Below, in pieces: positions 19,080 to 29,377 of a DNA stretch of 64,000 nt (positions are counted from its first letter, which is position 1; each line of letters begins with the position of its first letter). The notes beneath the pieces are model-generated. The model was not told the DNA's origin. It did no database searches and saw nothing but the letters and a program-made list of their open reading frames with translations. The translations under genes were made by a program, and so were the position numbers. The DNA is from an uncultured Friedmanniella sp. GTDB lineage: Bacteria > Actinomycetota > Actinomycetes > Propionibacteriales > Propionibacteriaceae. The stretch spans positions 106,832 through 170,831 of the forward strand of contig NZ_CAXTHG010000005.1 in assembly GCF_964244005.1 (NCBI RefSeq), read 5' to 3'.

Positions 19080-19850
19080 TCACCCAGTCTCGTCCAGGTC
19101 GGCGCCCCGGCCCTCTTCGCGCAGTCGCTTCACGTACTCGCTTGCCGTGCGGATGTGAACGGCCATCTGTTCGCGCGCCAGCTCCGGATCACCGGCCTCG
19201 ATGGCCTCCAGCACCAGCGCGTGCTGCACGAAAGCGGTCCGGGCCTCGCCCGGAAGCAGGGAGGCGGCGGCCCGGTCCCGTGCGAGCAGGTCGGCCGCGG
19301 CGCCGAGCATCAGCGGCAGGACCGAGTTGCCCGTTCCGCGGGCGATCGCGTTGTGAAACTCCAGATCGGTCTTCCAGGGCGCCAGCCCCGAGTCGACCTC
19401 ACCCCCGTGCACGAGGTGCCAGCGGCGGATCTCGCTCAGATCCTCCGAAGAGGCCCGACGGGCGCAGAGTGCAGCCGCTTCGGTCTCGAGCACCAGCCGC
19501 ATCTCGTACAGATCCTCGGTCAGTTCGCTGGACATCAGTGAGATCAGCTGGTGTCGGGGCAGCGCCTGCTCAGGCGCGGTCGAGAGCACGGTGGCACCGA
19601 GCCGCGGCCGGACGTCGAGCATCTTCATCGCGACGAGCCCCTGCACGGCCTCACGCACCGTGTTGCGACCGACGCCGTACTGCGCCATCAGCTCCTTCTC
19701 CCCGGGCAGCTTCGAACCGGGCGGGAACTCGCCTCCGCCGATCCGGGCCACCAGATCGTCCGAGACGTAGCGCGACAACGACTGCCCGGGTGGGACGGCC
19801 GGACGCACGGTGGACCTAGTAGTGCTCGTGTGGGGTCTGGTGCTCACCAC
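19080..19850 (-). CDS. FadR/GntR family transcriptional regulator
   Basis: PGSKLPGEKELMAQYGVGRNTVREA HTH; FCD domain with DLEFH..IA..TGN. GTG start with a GAGG RBS. Confidence 0.92.
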   Translation of the reverse strand: MVSTRPHTSTTRSTVRPAVPPGQSLSRYVSDDLVARIGGGEFPPGSKLPGEKELMAQYGVGRNTVREAVQGLVAMKMLDVRPRLGATVLSTAPEQALPRHQLISLMSSELTEDLYEMRLVLETEAAALCARRASSEDLSEIRRWHLVHGGEVDSGLAPWKTDLEFHNAIARGTGNSVLPLMLGAAADLLARDRAAASLLPGEARTAFVQHALVLEAIEAGDPELAREQMAVHIRTASEYVKRLREEGRGADLDETG

Positions 19851-19988
19851 GTCCTCGTTTCGCCGTTTGGCTGAGTCGAGCATGCCGCTGCCCGCGTCGG
19901 TAGCGCAACACAGGCAGCGCACCCAGAGGCAGCGCACCACGGGCAGCGCACCGCAGAACCCGGCTCATCACACCTCGCGAACTGGCCA

Positions 19989-20018
19989 TTGACATCGTCG
20001 TCAGCATCGAAGCAAAAT
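19989..20018 (+). promoter_or_regulatory. Candidate promoter TTGACA-N18-CAAAAT for the dehydratase operon
   Basis: TTGACA at 19989-19994 and CAAAAT at 20013-20018, in the divergent FadR intergenic region. Confidence 0.45.
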
Positions 20019-20194
20019 ACATCCTACAAATCCTGTCAGAAGATTCGAGGATGGACTGGCGGGCTAGCGCGGCGGGTCCCGGCTCCTCGGGTCTTGAGGC
20101 TGCGAGGCAGTCTCCGGGCAGGTGCCGGACCGACGCTGGGCCAAACGATTGCCGGCAACGATGCCCGTTCATCGAGCAGTAGGGACACGACGAC

Positions 20195-21391
20195 GTGCGG
20201 ATAGGTCAGGTCGAACCGATCGCCTGTGATCTCGGGTGGCGGACCATCTCCTTTCTCAAGATCACGACCGACGACGGGATTGTCGGGTGGTCGGAGTACA
20301 GCGAGAGCTTCGGCAACCAGGGCCTCGGGTCGGTGATCAGCTCACTGACGCCCTACGTCCTCGGCCAGGACCCGCTGCTCATCGAGCGTCTCACCTGCGA
20401 CCTGTCCGCGCTGGTGCGGCCGGCGCGGGGCGCGATGAACCGGCAGGCCATCGCGGCCATCGAGAATGCGCTGCTCGACATCAAGGGCAAGGCACTGGGC
20501 GTACCGGTTGCCGGTCTGCTCGGCGGGACCGTCCGGGACCGGGTCCCGGTGTACTGGTCGCACTGTGGCACTTACCGGGTCGGACGTTACGTCGAGTATC
20601 TCGGGGTCGGGGCGCTCCACACCTACGAGGACGTGGTCCTGCTCGGGAAGCTGGTGCGCGAGCGCGGGTTCACCGCGATGAAGACCAACATCACCGGCCT
20701 CGACGACCTGGAGGTGCAGTCGCGGTCCAACCCGTACGCCCGAGCTGCCCAGACCACCGGGCGCTCCTTCGACAACCGGATGATCGCCGAGGCCGAGAAG
20801 ATGATGGCCGCCATGCGGCAGGGTGCCGGCGACGACGCCGACATCTTCTTCGACATCAACTTCTGCCTCGAGCTGGAGGGCTACTCCCGGCTCGAGCGGG
20901 CCCTGGCTCCCTACCGCCCGGCCTGGCTCGAGATCGACACCTTCGACGCGGAGGGGCTGGCGTCGGTCCGCAGGGGTGGCACGACCCCGATCGGCTCAGG
21001 CGAGGCGCTGTACGAGCGGGCCGGCTACCGGCCGTTCTTCGAGGCTCAAGCCTTCGACGTCGCCATCGTCGACGTCCTCTGGAACGGCTGGCTCGAGTCG
21101 GTCAAGATCGCCGCTCAGGCCGAGGCCTACTCGGTCGCGGTGGCACCGCACAACTTCTATGGTCACCTCGCTTCTGCGATCAGCGCCAGCTTTGCGTCGG
21201 CGGTGCCGAACCTGCACATCATGGAGATCGACGTCGACGGCGCGACCTGGCGCGACGAGCTCACCACCCCGCCGGTGATCGAGGACGGTCATCTGATCTT
21301 GTCCGACGCTCCTGGCTGGGGCGTCGAGGTGAACGAAGAAGCCATCCGCAGACATGCCCCGTCGACCAGGAGTGAGGTGCCGTGGCGATGA
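20195..21391 (+). CDS. Mandelate racemase/muconate lactonizing enzyme family (enolase superfamily) acid-sugar dehydratase-like
   Basis: KITTDDGIVGWSE, IENALLDIKGKALGVPV..LLGG, metal ligands D..E..E, VAPHNF. Confidence 0.88.
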   Translation: MRIGQVEPIACDLGWRTISFLKITTDDGIVGWSEYSESFGNQGLGSVISSLTPYVLGQDPLLIERLTCDLSALVRPARGAMNRQAIAAIENALLDIKGKALGVPVAGLLGGTVRDRVPVYWSHCGTYRVGRYVEYLGVGALHTYEDVVLLGKLVRERGFTAMKTNITGLDDLEVQSRSNPYARAAQTTGRSFDNRMIAEAEKMMAAMRQGAGDDADIFFDINFCLELEGYSRLERALAPYRPAWLEIDTFDAEGLASVRRGGTTPIGSGEALYERAGYRPFFEAQAFDVAIVDVLWNGWLESVKIAAQAEAYSVAVAPHNFYGHLASAISASFASAVPNLHIMEIDVDGATWRDELTTPPVIEDGHLILSDAPGWGVEVNEEAIRRHAPSTRSEVPWR

Positions 21392-22845
21392 CCGCCATGT
21401 CCGAGAGGTTCATGCTTTGCCACGCCGAGCAGGTGCTGGTAGGCGGCCGGTGGCGCCCTTCGGCCACGACAGAGCGCATCGAGGTGCGCAACCCGGCCGA
21501 CGACCAGGTCATCGCCTCGGTCAGTGCCGGTGCCATGGAGGACGTCGACGCAGCGGTGGCGGCAGCGCGCGCCGCCTTCGACGGCTGGAGCCGGACCAGC
21601 CGGCAGGACCGGCTCGAGGTGCTGGAGCGGATCTCCGCAGCCTACGAACGCCGGGCCGACGACCTGGCTGAGGTCCTCTCGCTCGAGGTCGGTGCGCCCA
21701 CCCGGCTGGCGCACGGCCCGCAGGTCGGGGCCGGCCGGGGACACCTGGCCAGCGCGATCACCTACCTGCGTGACTACCCCTTCGAGGTCGACCGCGACGG
21801 CACCCTCATCGTCCGGGAGCCCATCGGGGTCACCGGGTTGATCACCCCCTGGAACTGGCCGCTGCACCAGATCCTCTGCAAGGTGGCCCCCGCCCTGGCG
21901 GCCGGCTGCACGATGGTGCTCAAGCCGAGCGAGGTCGCCCCGCTGAACGCGGTCGTGTTCGCCGAGGTGATGCAGGAGGCCGAGGTGCCGGCCGGGGTCT
22001 TCAACCTCCTGCAGGGCTACGGCGCCACCGTCGGCGCGGCGTTGGCGGCGCATCCCGACGTCGACATGATCTCCTTCACCGGCTCGACCCGTGCCGGGGT
22101 GCTGGTGGCCGAAGCCGCCGCACCGTCGGTCAAGCGGGTGACCCAGGAGCTGGGCGGCAAGTCGCCGAACATCCTGCTCGACGACGTCGACCTCGCCGCC
22201 GTGATCCCCGCAGCAGTCGCTGGCTGCTTCATGAACAGCGGGCAGTCGTGCAACGCTCCCACCCGCTTGCTGGTAGCCCGGGCTCAGCTGGACGAGGCGG
22301 CCCGACTGGCCGCCACGGCCGCTCGCAGCTTCGTCACCGGTGACCCGTCGTCGGAGAAGACCGACCTCGGGCCGGTGGTCAGCGAGGCGCAGTACCTCCG
22401 GGTCCAGTCCCTGATCAAGGCCGGGATCGAGGCCGGCGCACAGATCGTCGAGGGAGGCCTGGGGCGACCGGACGGCTTCCGGGAAGGCTGGTTCGTCCGG
22501 CCGACGGTCTTCACCGGCGTCACCAACGACATGGCGGTCGCGCAGCAGGAGATCTTCGGCCCCGTGCTGACGATCCTGCCGTACGACACCGAGGAAGAGG
22601 CCATCCGGATCGCCAACGACACCGAGTACGGTCTGGCCGCCTACGTGTCCTCCAGCGACCCGGACCGGGCCCGTCGCGTCGGACTCCGACTTCGAGCCGG
22701 CCAGGTCACCCTGAACCAGTCCGACGGCGACCCGACCGCGCCGTTCGGCGGCTACAAGAAGTCGGGTAACGGTCGCGAGCAAGGCTGGATCGCGATGGAG
22801 GACTTCCTCGAGACCAAGGCCGTCATCGGCTACGGAACGGCGTGA
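21382..22845 (+). CDS. Aldehyde dehydrogenase
   Basis: ITPWNWP, KPSE, SFTGST, ELGGKS, NSGQSC, EIFGPV, PFGGYKKSG. Confidence 0.95.
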   Translation: MAMTAMSERFMLCHAEQVLVGGRWRPSATTERIEVRNPADDQVIASVSAGAMEDVDAAVAAARAAFDGWSRTSRQDRLEVLERISAAYERRADDLAEVLSLEVGAPTRLAHGPQVGAGRGHLASAITYLRDYPFEVDRDGTLIVREPIGVTGLITPWNWPLHQILCKVAPALAAGCTMVLKPSEVAPLNAVVFAEVMQEAEVPAGVFNLLQGYGATVGAALAAHPDVDMISFTGSTRAGVLVAEAAAPSVKRVTQELGGKSPNILLDDVDLAAVIPAAVAGCFMNSGQSCNAPTRLLVARAQLDEAARLAATAARSFVTGDPSSEKTDLGPVVSEAQYLRVQSLIKAGIEAGAQIVEGGLGRPDGFREGWFVRPTVFTGVTNDMAVAQQEIFGPVLTILPYDTEEEAIRIANDTEYGLAAYVSSSDPDRARRVGLRLRAGQVTLNQSDGDPTAPFGGYKKSGNGREQGWIAMEDFLETKAVIGYGTA

Positions 22846-22849
22846 CCCG

Positions 22850-23779
22850 GTGCTCGGCACCGGGAGCTCCGCGGTCGCGGCGGTGGTCTGCGTCGGCGGC
22901 GTCAACCTTGACCACGTGTTCGAGATCGAGCGGTTACCGACCGCGGAGGGCAAGGAGCTGGCCCGCAGCGCCCGGGTGAGCGGCGGCGGTCTGGCCGCCA
23001 CCGCAGCGGTGGCGATCAGCCGGCTTGGCGGACGTAGCGTCTGGTGTGGTTGCCTCGGAGACGACGACACCGGGCTCATCCTCGCCGGGCTGTTGAAAGA
23101 AGCCGGGGTCGTGCTGTGCGACAACGCGGTGGTGCCCGGCGCGCGGACCCCGGAGGCGGTCGTGCTCGTCGCCGCGGACGGCGCACGGTGGATCGGCTTC
23201 TACGGTGACGTACCGCTCGAGGGCCAGCACGGCCCACCGAAGCCACCCGATCTCTGCGACGCGGGTGCTGTGCTCACCGACCAGTGGTCACCCGCGCTGA
23301 GCCTGGAGGTGCTCGCTACGGCCTGCCGGAGGGGGATCCCCCGGGTCTTCGACGTCGAACGGCCGGACTGGAACGGGTCCGGCGAGCAGATGGCGCTGTC
23401 CGACCACGTCATCTTCGCCGACGCCGGGCTGCGGGCCTATACCGGGATCGCCGACCCGGTCGCTTCGCTCCAGCTGGCGGCAGCTCGGCTCCCCCACGCC
23501 ACGGTCGCGGTCACCCGCGGGTCCGCCGGAAGCCTGTGGTGGCTCCGCGGGGGTGCGTGCAGCGTGTCGGCGCCCACCGTCCGGGCCCGCGACACCACGG
23601 GTGCAGGCGATGTCTTCCACGGCGCTTATGCCCTGGGTCTGGCTGAGGGGCTGGGTGTCGAGGACGCTGCGGTGCTGGCGACAGCCGCCGCTGCCGTGAA
23701 GGTCGAACGAGGCAACGGCTGGGACGGGATGCCTAGCCGAGAAGATACATCGCGCCTGATCGAGAAAGGATGGACATGA
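22850..23779 (+). CDS. PfkB family carbohydrate kinase (YihV-like subgroup)
   Basis: GGGLAATAAVAISRLG, GDDDTG, DTTGAGDVFHGA. Confidence 0.9.
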   Translation: MLGTGSSAVAAVVCVGGVNLDHVFEIERLPTAEGKELARSARVSGGGLAATAAVAISRLGGRSVWCGCLGDDDTGLILAGLLKEAGVVLCDNAVVPGARTPEAVVLVAADGARWIGFYGDVPLEGQHGPPKPPDLCDAGAVLTDQWSPALSLEVLATACRRGIPRVFDVERPDWNGSGEQMALSDHVIFADAGLRAYTGIADPVASLQLAAARLPHATVAVTRGSAGSLWWLRGGACSVSAPTVRARDTTGAGDVFHGAYALGLAEGLGVEDAAVLATAAAAVKVERGNGWDGMPSREDTSRLIEKGWT

Positions 23780-24816
23780 AGATCTCTCCGGGAAAGCTCT
23801 GGGGCCTCCGCAGGCTGGCCGACGACGACGGCTTCTGGCGGATCGTCGCCACCGACCAGCGCGAGCTGCTGGCCGAGTCGATCGCGGCCCGGCGGGGGGT
23901 GGACGTGGCTCCATACGCCGATGTCGCCGAGCTGGTGACCTCGCTCGCCACCGAGCTGCAGTCCGAGGCGACCGCCGTCCTGCTCGACCCGATCTACGGC
24001 TACTACCACGCGGTCGAGCGGCTCGATCCGCACAAGGGCCTGATGATCAGCTACGAGAGCCTCGACATCTCGCACACCCCTGGTGGAGTGATGATGGAGC
24101 CGATCCCGGGCTGGTCGGTAGCCAAGACCCGCTCGCTCGGGGCAGACGGGGTCAAGGTGCTCGTCCTCTACCGGGCCGACGCCGCCCCCGAGGTGCGACA
24201 GCACCAGGAGGACTTCGTCCAGGCCGCGGGCGAGGAGTGCGAGCGGCTGGACATCGCGATGCTGCTGGAGATCCTGGTCTACGCCCGGCCCGACCAGAGC
24301 CCGGCGCAGTACCAGGCGGAGCGCCGGGACCTGGTCCTTGCGGCGATGCAGGTGTTCCGAGACCCGAAGTTCAAGGTCGACATCTACAAGTTGGAGCCGC
24401 CCGCGCCGCTGTTCGGTGTTCCCAAGATCGACAGCGAGGCCGGGCAGGCTCTGCTCGAGAGCTACCACCTGATGACAGACGGGTTGCGGGCGCCGTGGGT
24501 GTTGCTGTCGGCCGGCATGAACAAGCAGGACTTCAAACAGTCCCTCGAGTACGCCTACCGGTGCCAGGCCAGCGGCTACCTGGCCGGGCGGGCCCTCTGG
24601 TCCCAGGCTCCGGAGCTGTTCCCCGACACCGACGCGATCACCGCCTCCCTACGCGAGGAGAGCCTGCCCTACATGCGGGAGCTCAACGAGCTGACACGTC
24701 GCTCGGGTACTCCCTGGCCGCAGCACCCTTCCATCGGCGGCGGTCCCGAGCGGAGATATCCGCTGGACCGGGACTTCGCCGTCCATTACGTCACGGAGGT
24801 ACCCGTGACGGTCTGA
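23776..24816 (+). CDS. Class I aldolase, tagatose-1,6-bisphosphate aldolase (LacD)/YihT family
   Basis: ATDQRE, AVLLDP, VKVLVLYRAD, DIYKLE (Schiff-base Lys), PWVLLSAG, SGYLAGRALW. Confidence 0.85.
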   Translation: MKISPGKLWGLRRLADDDGFWRIVATDQRELLAESIAARRGVDVAPYADVAELVTSLATELQSEATAVLLDPIYGYYHAVERLDPHKGLMISYESLDISHTPGGVMMEPIPGWSVAKTRSLGADGVKVLVLYRADAAPEVRQHQEDFVQAAGEECERLDIAMLLEILVYARPDQSPAQYQAERRDLVLAAMQVFRDPKFKVDIYKLEPPAPLFGVPKIDSEAGQALLESYHLMTDGLRAPWVLLSAGMNKQDFKQSLEYAYRCQASGYLAGRALWSQAPELFPDTDAITASLREESLPYMRELNELTRRSGTPWPQHPSIGGGPERRYPLDRDFAVHYVTEVPVTV

Positions 24817-24919
24817 GGTCGTCCGTCAGCCTCGGATCTGGCATGACCCGGTCGTCCGTCCTCGGTCGTCCGCGCTCACCTGCACCACGTTCCCACTCAC
24901 CCCTCATCAGGAGGAACCC

Positions 24920-26329
24920 ATGACCCTTCTCCACACGGCCGGGCAGCGACGCCGCGGCTGGACGATCCGCACCGCAGTCACGCTGGTCACGGCAGCGCTC
25001 AGCATCTCCGCCGTCACCGCGTGCAGCGGCGGAGCCGGCAACGTCGGGAGCGGCGGTGACGGCGGAGGCGGTGGTGGAAGCGAGAGCAAGACCATCAACG
25101 TGCTGGCCGTCAACAACCCGCAGATGCTCGACGCGCAGAAGATCACCGACAAGTACTTCACACAGAAGACCGGGATCACGGTGAACTACACGATGCTGCC
25201 GGAGAACGAGGAGCGCGACAAAGCCACCCAGGACGTCGCGAACTCCGCCGGTCAGTACGACGTGACGAACCTGGGCCCCTACGAGGTGCCGGTGTGGAGC
25301 AAGAACAAGTGGTTGACCGACCTGAGCGAGCTGGCCGCCAAGGACCCTGGCTATGACATCGACGACCTGGTCCCCTCGGTCCGCGACGCCATGAGCTCCG
25401 ACGGCACGTTGTACTCGGCGCCATTCGCCACCGAGTCGACCTTCACCGCCTACCGCAAGGACTGGTTCGACGAGCAGGGTCTCACGATGCCGGACAACCC
25501 GACCTGGCCGCAGATCCTCGACCTGGCCAAGAAGCTGAACGACCCGTCGAAGAAGCGGGCCGGTGTCTGCGTACGCGGCCTCGCCGGCTGGGGCCAGAAC
25601 ATGGCGTTGTTCACCGACATGCTGAACACCTTCGGCGGGACCTGGTTCAACCAGGACTGGAGCAGCGGCGTCAAGGACCCTGCGTTTCGCGAGACCATGG
25701 AGTTCTACAAGGAGATCGCCAAGTACGGCCCCAAGGGACAGGCCAGCCTGAGCGTCTCGGACTGCTACAACAACTACATCGCCGGCACCAGCGCGATGTG
25801 GATCGACTCCTCCGCCGCTGGCCCCTCGATCGAGGACCCGAAGGAGTCCAAGGCCGCCGGCAAGACCGGGTACGCGTACATGCCGGTGGTGAAGACCGAG
25901 TACTCCGGGTGGTTGTGGAGCTGGGGCTGGGCGATCCCTCAGGCGGCCAAGAACAAGGACGCGGCCTGGCAGTACATCAGCTGGGTGACCGGCAAGCAGT
26001 ACCCGCAGGACATGGCCCAGGAGCTCGGCTGGTCGCACTACGCGGGCTACATGCGCAAGTCGGTTGACCAGGACCCCGGTTTCGTCGCCGCGAACGACGC
26101 CTTCACCAAGATCACCAGCGGGTCGCTGGAGCACGCCGACCCGAACAACCCCGGGCTCCAGCCGCGGCCCTACGCCGGGATTCAGTACCTCACCATCCCG
26201 GAGTGGCCCGACCTCGGGACGACGGCCGGCCAGCAGCTGCAGGCCGTCCTCGCGGGCACCAAGAGCGTCGACCAGGCGATCGACACGATCGCAGCCGCCG
26301 CTGACAAGGTGTCCTCAGCCCACCAGTAG
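24920..26329 (+). CDS. Sugar/polyol ABC substrate-binding lipoprotein (SmoE-like)
   Basis: VTAC lipobox; VLAVNNPQM, LPENE.R, RGLAGWGQN, SGWLWSWG, RPYAGIQY..IPEW.DLGT. Confidence 0.88.
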   Translation: MTLLHTAGQRRRGWTIRTAVTLVTAALSISAVTACSGGAGNVGSGGDGGGGGGSESKTINVLAVNNPQMLDAQKITDKYFTQKTGITVNYTMLPENEERDKATQDVANSAGQYDVTNLGPYEVPVWSKNKWLTDLSELAAKDPGYDIDDLVPSVRDAMSSDGTLYSAPFATESTFTAYRKDWFDEQGLTMPDNPTWPQILDLAKKLNDPSKKRAGVCVRGLAGWGQNMALFTDMLNTFGGTWFNQDWSSGVKDPAFRETMEFYKEIAKYGPKGQASLSVSDCYNNYIAGTSAMWIDSSAAGPSIEDPKESKAAGKTGYAYMPVVKTEYSGWLWSWGWAIPQAAKNKDAAWQYISWVTGKQYPQDMAQELGWSHYAGYMRKSVDQDPGFVAANDAFTKITSGSLEHADPNNPGLQPRPYAGIQYLTIPEWPDLGTTAGQQLQAVLAGTKSVDQAIDTIAAAADKVSSAHQ

Positions 26330-26345
26330 TCCCCCCAGGGCCCGT

Positions 26346-26378
26346 GCGGGGCGGCGGTCCTCGAGGCCGCCGTCCCGC
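26346..26378 (+). terminator. Intra-operon stem-loop after the substrate-binding protein gene
   Basis: GCGGGGCGGCGGTC-CTCGA-GGCCGCCGTCCCGC hairpin, allowing GU pairs. Confidence 0.45.
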
Positions 26379-26405
26379 TCGCGTCCCTCGCGACGAGGAG
26401 CAGAC

Positions 26406-27371
26406 ATGACCACCTTTGCCGCGCCACCAGCCTCACAGCGGCGGCTCCGACAGCCGAAGGAGCCTCTTCCCCAGTACAGCCGTCGGAAGCTCTGGCGCCT
26501 GCGGGGCCCGCTCCTACCAGCCTTCATCTTCACCCTCGCGCTCACCCAGCTGCCCTTCCTGGTCACGCTCTACATCTCGGTGGTGCGGTGGAACGTCCTT
26601 GAACCCGGTGCGCACCGCTTCGTCGGCCTGGGCAACTACGCAAACGTCGTCACCGACTCCGGCTTCCTCGGCGCCATCGTGCACAGCGTGGAGATGACGG
26701 TGGCCACCGTGTTGATCGCGCTGCTCCTCGGGCTCGGCTTCGCGCTCCTGCTCAACCAGAAGTTCTTCGGCCGGGGCCTCGCACGGACTCTCCTGATCTC
26801 GCCGTTCCTCGTGACACCCGTGGCCGCGGCGCTGATCTGGAAGTACCTGCTCTACAACCCGACCTACGGCCTCTTCAACGGGATCCTCGTCTGGTTGGGG
26901 CAGCTGTTCAACTTCGTCGCGCCCCAGCCAGACTGGGTGTCGAACACCCCGATGGCGGCCATCGTCGCCTCCCTGGCCTGGCAGTGGGTCCCGTTCGAGA
27001 TGCTGATCCTGCTCGCGGGGCTCCAGAGCCAGTCCTCGGATGCGGTCGAAGCTGCCAAGGTCGACGGCGCCAACGCCTGGCAGCTCTTCCGGTACCTGAC
27101 TCTGCCGCACCTTCGCCCGTACCTCGAGCTCGGGATCCTGCTGGGGGTCATCTACATCACGCAGGCTTTCGACGCCATCTACACGATCACCTCGGGCGGG
27201 CCCGGGACGGCAACCACCAACCTGCCCTATCAGGTCTACATCATGGTCTTCCGCAAGTACGACTACGGAGCGGCGGCGGCGGGCGGCACGATCGTGGTCA
27301 TCCTCTCGATCTTCGTCGCCACCTTGGCGCTCCGCGTCATCTCGAGCCTGCTGAAGGAGGACGCGCGATGA
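26406..27371 (+). CDS. Carbohydrate ABC permease (SmoF-like)
   Basis: FVGLGNY, RTLLISPFLVTPV, WQWVPF, EAAKVDGA. Start MTTFAAP. Confidence 0.92.
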   Translation: MTTFAAPPASQRRLRQPKEPLPQYSRRKLWRLRGPLLPAFIFTLALTQLPFLVTLYISVVRWNVLEPGAHRFVGLGNYANVVTDSGFLGAIVHSVEMTVATVLIALLLGLGFALLLNQKFFGRGLARTLLISPFLVTPVAAALIWKYLLYNPTYGLFNGILVWLGQLFNFVAPQPDWVSNTPMAAIVASLAWQWVPFEMLILLAGLQSQSSDAVEAAKVDGANAWQLFRYLTLPHLRPYLELGILLGVIYITQAFDAIYTITSGGPGTATTNLPYQVYIMVFRKYDYGAAAAGGTIVVILSIFVATLALRVISSLLKEDAR

Positions 27372-28246
27372 CCGCGACACTGGCTCGCCCCACCCGCTTC
27401 CACCCCTCGGTCGGGACGGGTCAGCGGGTTCGGCGCCGGCTCGGTGGGAAGCTCGCGCTGACCGTCGTCGCCTGGCTCGCGACCCTGATCTTCGTCCTGC
27501 CGACGCTGTGGATGGTGCTGACCTCATTTCACCAGGAGGTCGACGCCGTCGCGAACCCACCCGCTGTCGCGGCCACTCTCACCCTCGAGTACTACCGCGA
27601 GCTGCTGACCGGCAAGCTCCTCGGACCCTTGATCAACTCGCTGATCGCTTCGATCGTCCCGACGATCCTCGTGGTCGCGCTGGCCATCCCGGCGGCGTTC
27701 GCGCTGGCGATCCGGCAGGTGCCCAAGTGGCGCGACGTGATGTTCTTCTTCCTGTCCACCAAGATGATGCCGGCCGTGGCCGGCCTGCTGCCGATGTACC
27801 TGATCGTGAAGAACCTTGGGCTTCTCGACAACGTGTGGGTGCTCGTCGTGCTGTATCTGTCCGCCAACCTGCCGCTGGGCATCTGGATGATGGCGCAGTT
27901 TTTCCGCGAGATCCCGCGGGAGCTGATCGAGGCCGCCGAGCTCGACGGCGCCGACACCAGGACGATCCTGTGGCGCGTCGTCCTGCCGATGGCCTATCCC
28001 GGTATTGCCGCCACGGCGCTCATCTCGTTCATCTTCTCCTGGAACGAGTTCCTCTTCGCCCTCAACCTCACCGCCACCCAGGCCTACACCGCACCGGTCT
28101 ACCTGATCGGCTTCCTCAGCGGGCAGCGGTTGTTCCTCGCTCACCTGTGTGCTGCGTCGGTCATCGTCTCGCTCCCGGTGCTGATCGCCGGGTTCGCGGC
28201 TCAGGACAAGCTGGTCCAGGGCCTGTCGCTCGGAGCGGTGAAATGA
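27368..28246 (+). CDS. Carbohydrate ABC permease (SmoG-like)
   Basis: STKMMPAVA, IPRELIEAAELDGA, FSWNEF, QDKLVQGLSLGAVK. Confidence 0.92.
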   Translation: MTATLARPTRFHPSVGTGQRVRRRLGGKLALTVVAWLATLIFVLPTLWMVLTSFHQEVDAVANPPAVAATLTLEYYRELLTGKLLGPLINSLIASIVPTILVVALAIPAAFALAIRQVPKWRDVMFFFLSTKMMPAVAGLLPMYLIVKNLGLLDNVWVLVVLYLSANLPLGIWMMAQFFREIPRELIEAAELDGADTRTILWRVVLPMAYPGIAATALISFIFSWNEFLFALNLTATQAYTAPVYLIGFLSGQRLFLAHLCAASVIVSLPVLIAGFAAQDKLVQGLSLGAVK

Positions 28247-29259
28247 AGGCGGTCTTCATCCGCGAGGACGGCTCGATCGACGTCTCGACCACGCCCGACC
28301 CCGCGCCGGGCCGCGATGAGGTGGTGATCGCGGTGGGCGCTGCAGGAATCTGCGGCACGGACCTCCACATCATCGACCGCGAGATCGAGTTCGCCACGCT
28401 GCCTGTCGTGCCGGGCCATGAGCTGTCCGGCACCGTCGTCGCGCTCGGCCCGGACGTGGACGCCCGGTCGGTCGCTCTCGGGGACCGGGTGGCGGTCTCC
28501 CCGGGGATCACCTGCGGGGTCTGTCGATACTGTCGACGTGGGCGTTCCAATCTCTGCCCGCACGCCAGCGGGATCGGGATCTCCCGGAACGGCGGTGCAG
28601 CGGAGTTCGCGGCCGTTCCGGCGGCCAACTGCTACGCCCTTCCGGCGGAGATGCCGATGCACGCCGGCGCCCTGGTCGAGCCGCTCTCCTGCGCGATCCA
28701 CGGCATGGATCTTCTTCCCCGCGGTATTGACGAGGAGTACCTGATCTACGGTGCCGGCACGATGGGCCTGCTGATGATGCAGCTCGCCCTGGCCTCGTCA
28801 GCGCGGTCCGTGAGCGTGATCGACACCAACCCGGGCCGGCTCGAGTCCGCCAGGATGCTCGGAGCACACCATGTGGCGAACTCGGCCGACGACCTGTCGC
28901 GCGAGTACGGCTGGAGCACCGTCATCGACTGCACCGGAGCGGTGGCAGCGATCGAGGACGGACTGTCGCGAGTCGACCGCGGCGGGACCTTTCAGGCGTT
29001 CGGGGTCGCCCGCGGTGATGCGCTGGCGCGGATCTCACCGTTCCGTCTCTACCACGACGAGATCACCATCGTCGGGAGCATGGCGGTCCTCAACAGCTTC
29101 GGCCGGGCAGTCGACGTGATGGCCTCGGGCGCCGTGGACGCTGACGTCATCGTCAGTCACCAGCTCGGGCTCGACGACTACCCGACGGCGATCAACCTCT
29201 TTCGTAACAAGGAGGGCCGAAAGATCATGGTGACACCACCCTCCACATGGGCTGGATGA
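28243..29259 (+). CDS. Zinc-dependent alcohol/polyol dehydrogenase
   Basis: GICGTDLH, GHE, C..CRYC..GRSNLC structural Zn site, EPLSCAIHG, GAGTMG. Confidence 0.93.
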   Translation: MKAVFIREDGSIDVSTTPDPAPGRDEVVIAVGAAGICGTDLHIIDREIEFATLPVVPGHELSGTVVALGPDVDARSVALGDRVAVSPGITCGVCRYCRRGRSNLCPHASGIGISRNGGAAEFAAVPAANCYALPAEMPMHAGALVEPLSCAIHGMDLLPRGIDEEYLIYGAGTMGLLMMQLALASSARSVSVIDTNPGRLESARMLGAHHVANSADDLSREYGWSTVIDCTGAVAAIEDGLSRVDRGGTFQAFGVARGDALARISPFRLYHDEITIVGSMAVLNSFGRAVDVMASGAVDADVIVSHQLGLDDYPTAINLFRNKEGRKIMVTPPSTWAG

Positions 29260-29271
29260 TTGATTCCACGG

Positions 29272-29377
29272 TCAGTGGTCGTTGACGGATTCGATGATCT
29301 GGCGTGGAGGTTTGAAGAAGTGGGCGCAGGGTCGGTTGGTCTCCCCGGCTCGGGTGGGGCGGAGCAGGGTGGTCCAT
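29272..29377 (-). mobile_element. IS982-family transposase fragment
   Basis: Reads TLLRPTRAGETNRPCAHFFKPPRQIIESVND, resembling the IS982 LLRP.R.GE......FKPLRQ.IESVN segment. Confidence 0.6.

Noticed and set aside
22850-24816. Sulfoglycolysis (sulfo-EMP) reading of the YihV-like kinase and YihT-like aldolase near the tau/ssu genes
   Set aside because: By my alignment with E. coli YihV from memory, only K of the K27/N109/R138 sulfonate triad is kept (N to F in RWIGFY, R to Q in LTDQW). There is also no SQ isomerase or sulfoquinovosidase in the window, and the transporter is polyol-like. Down-weighted, not excluded.
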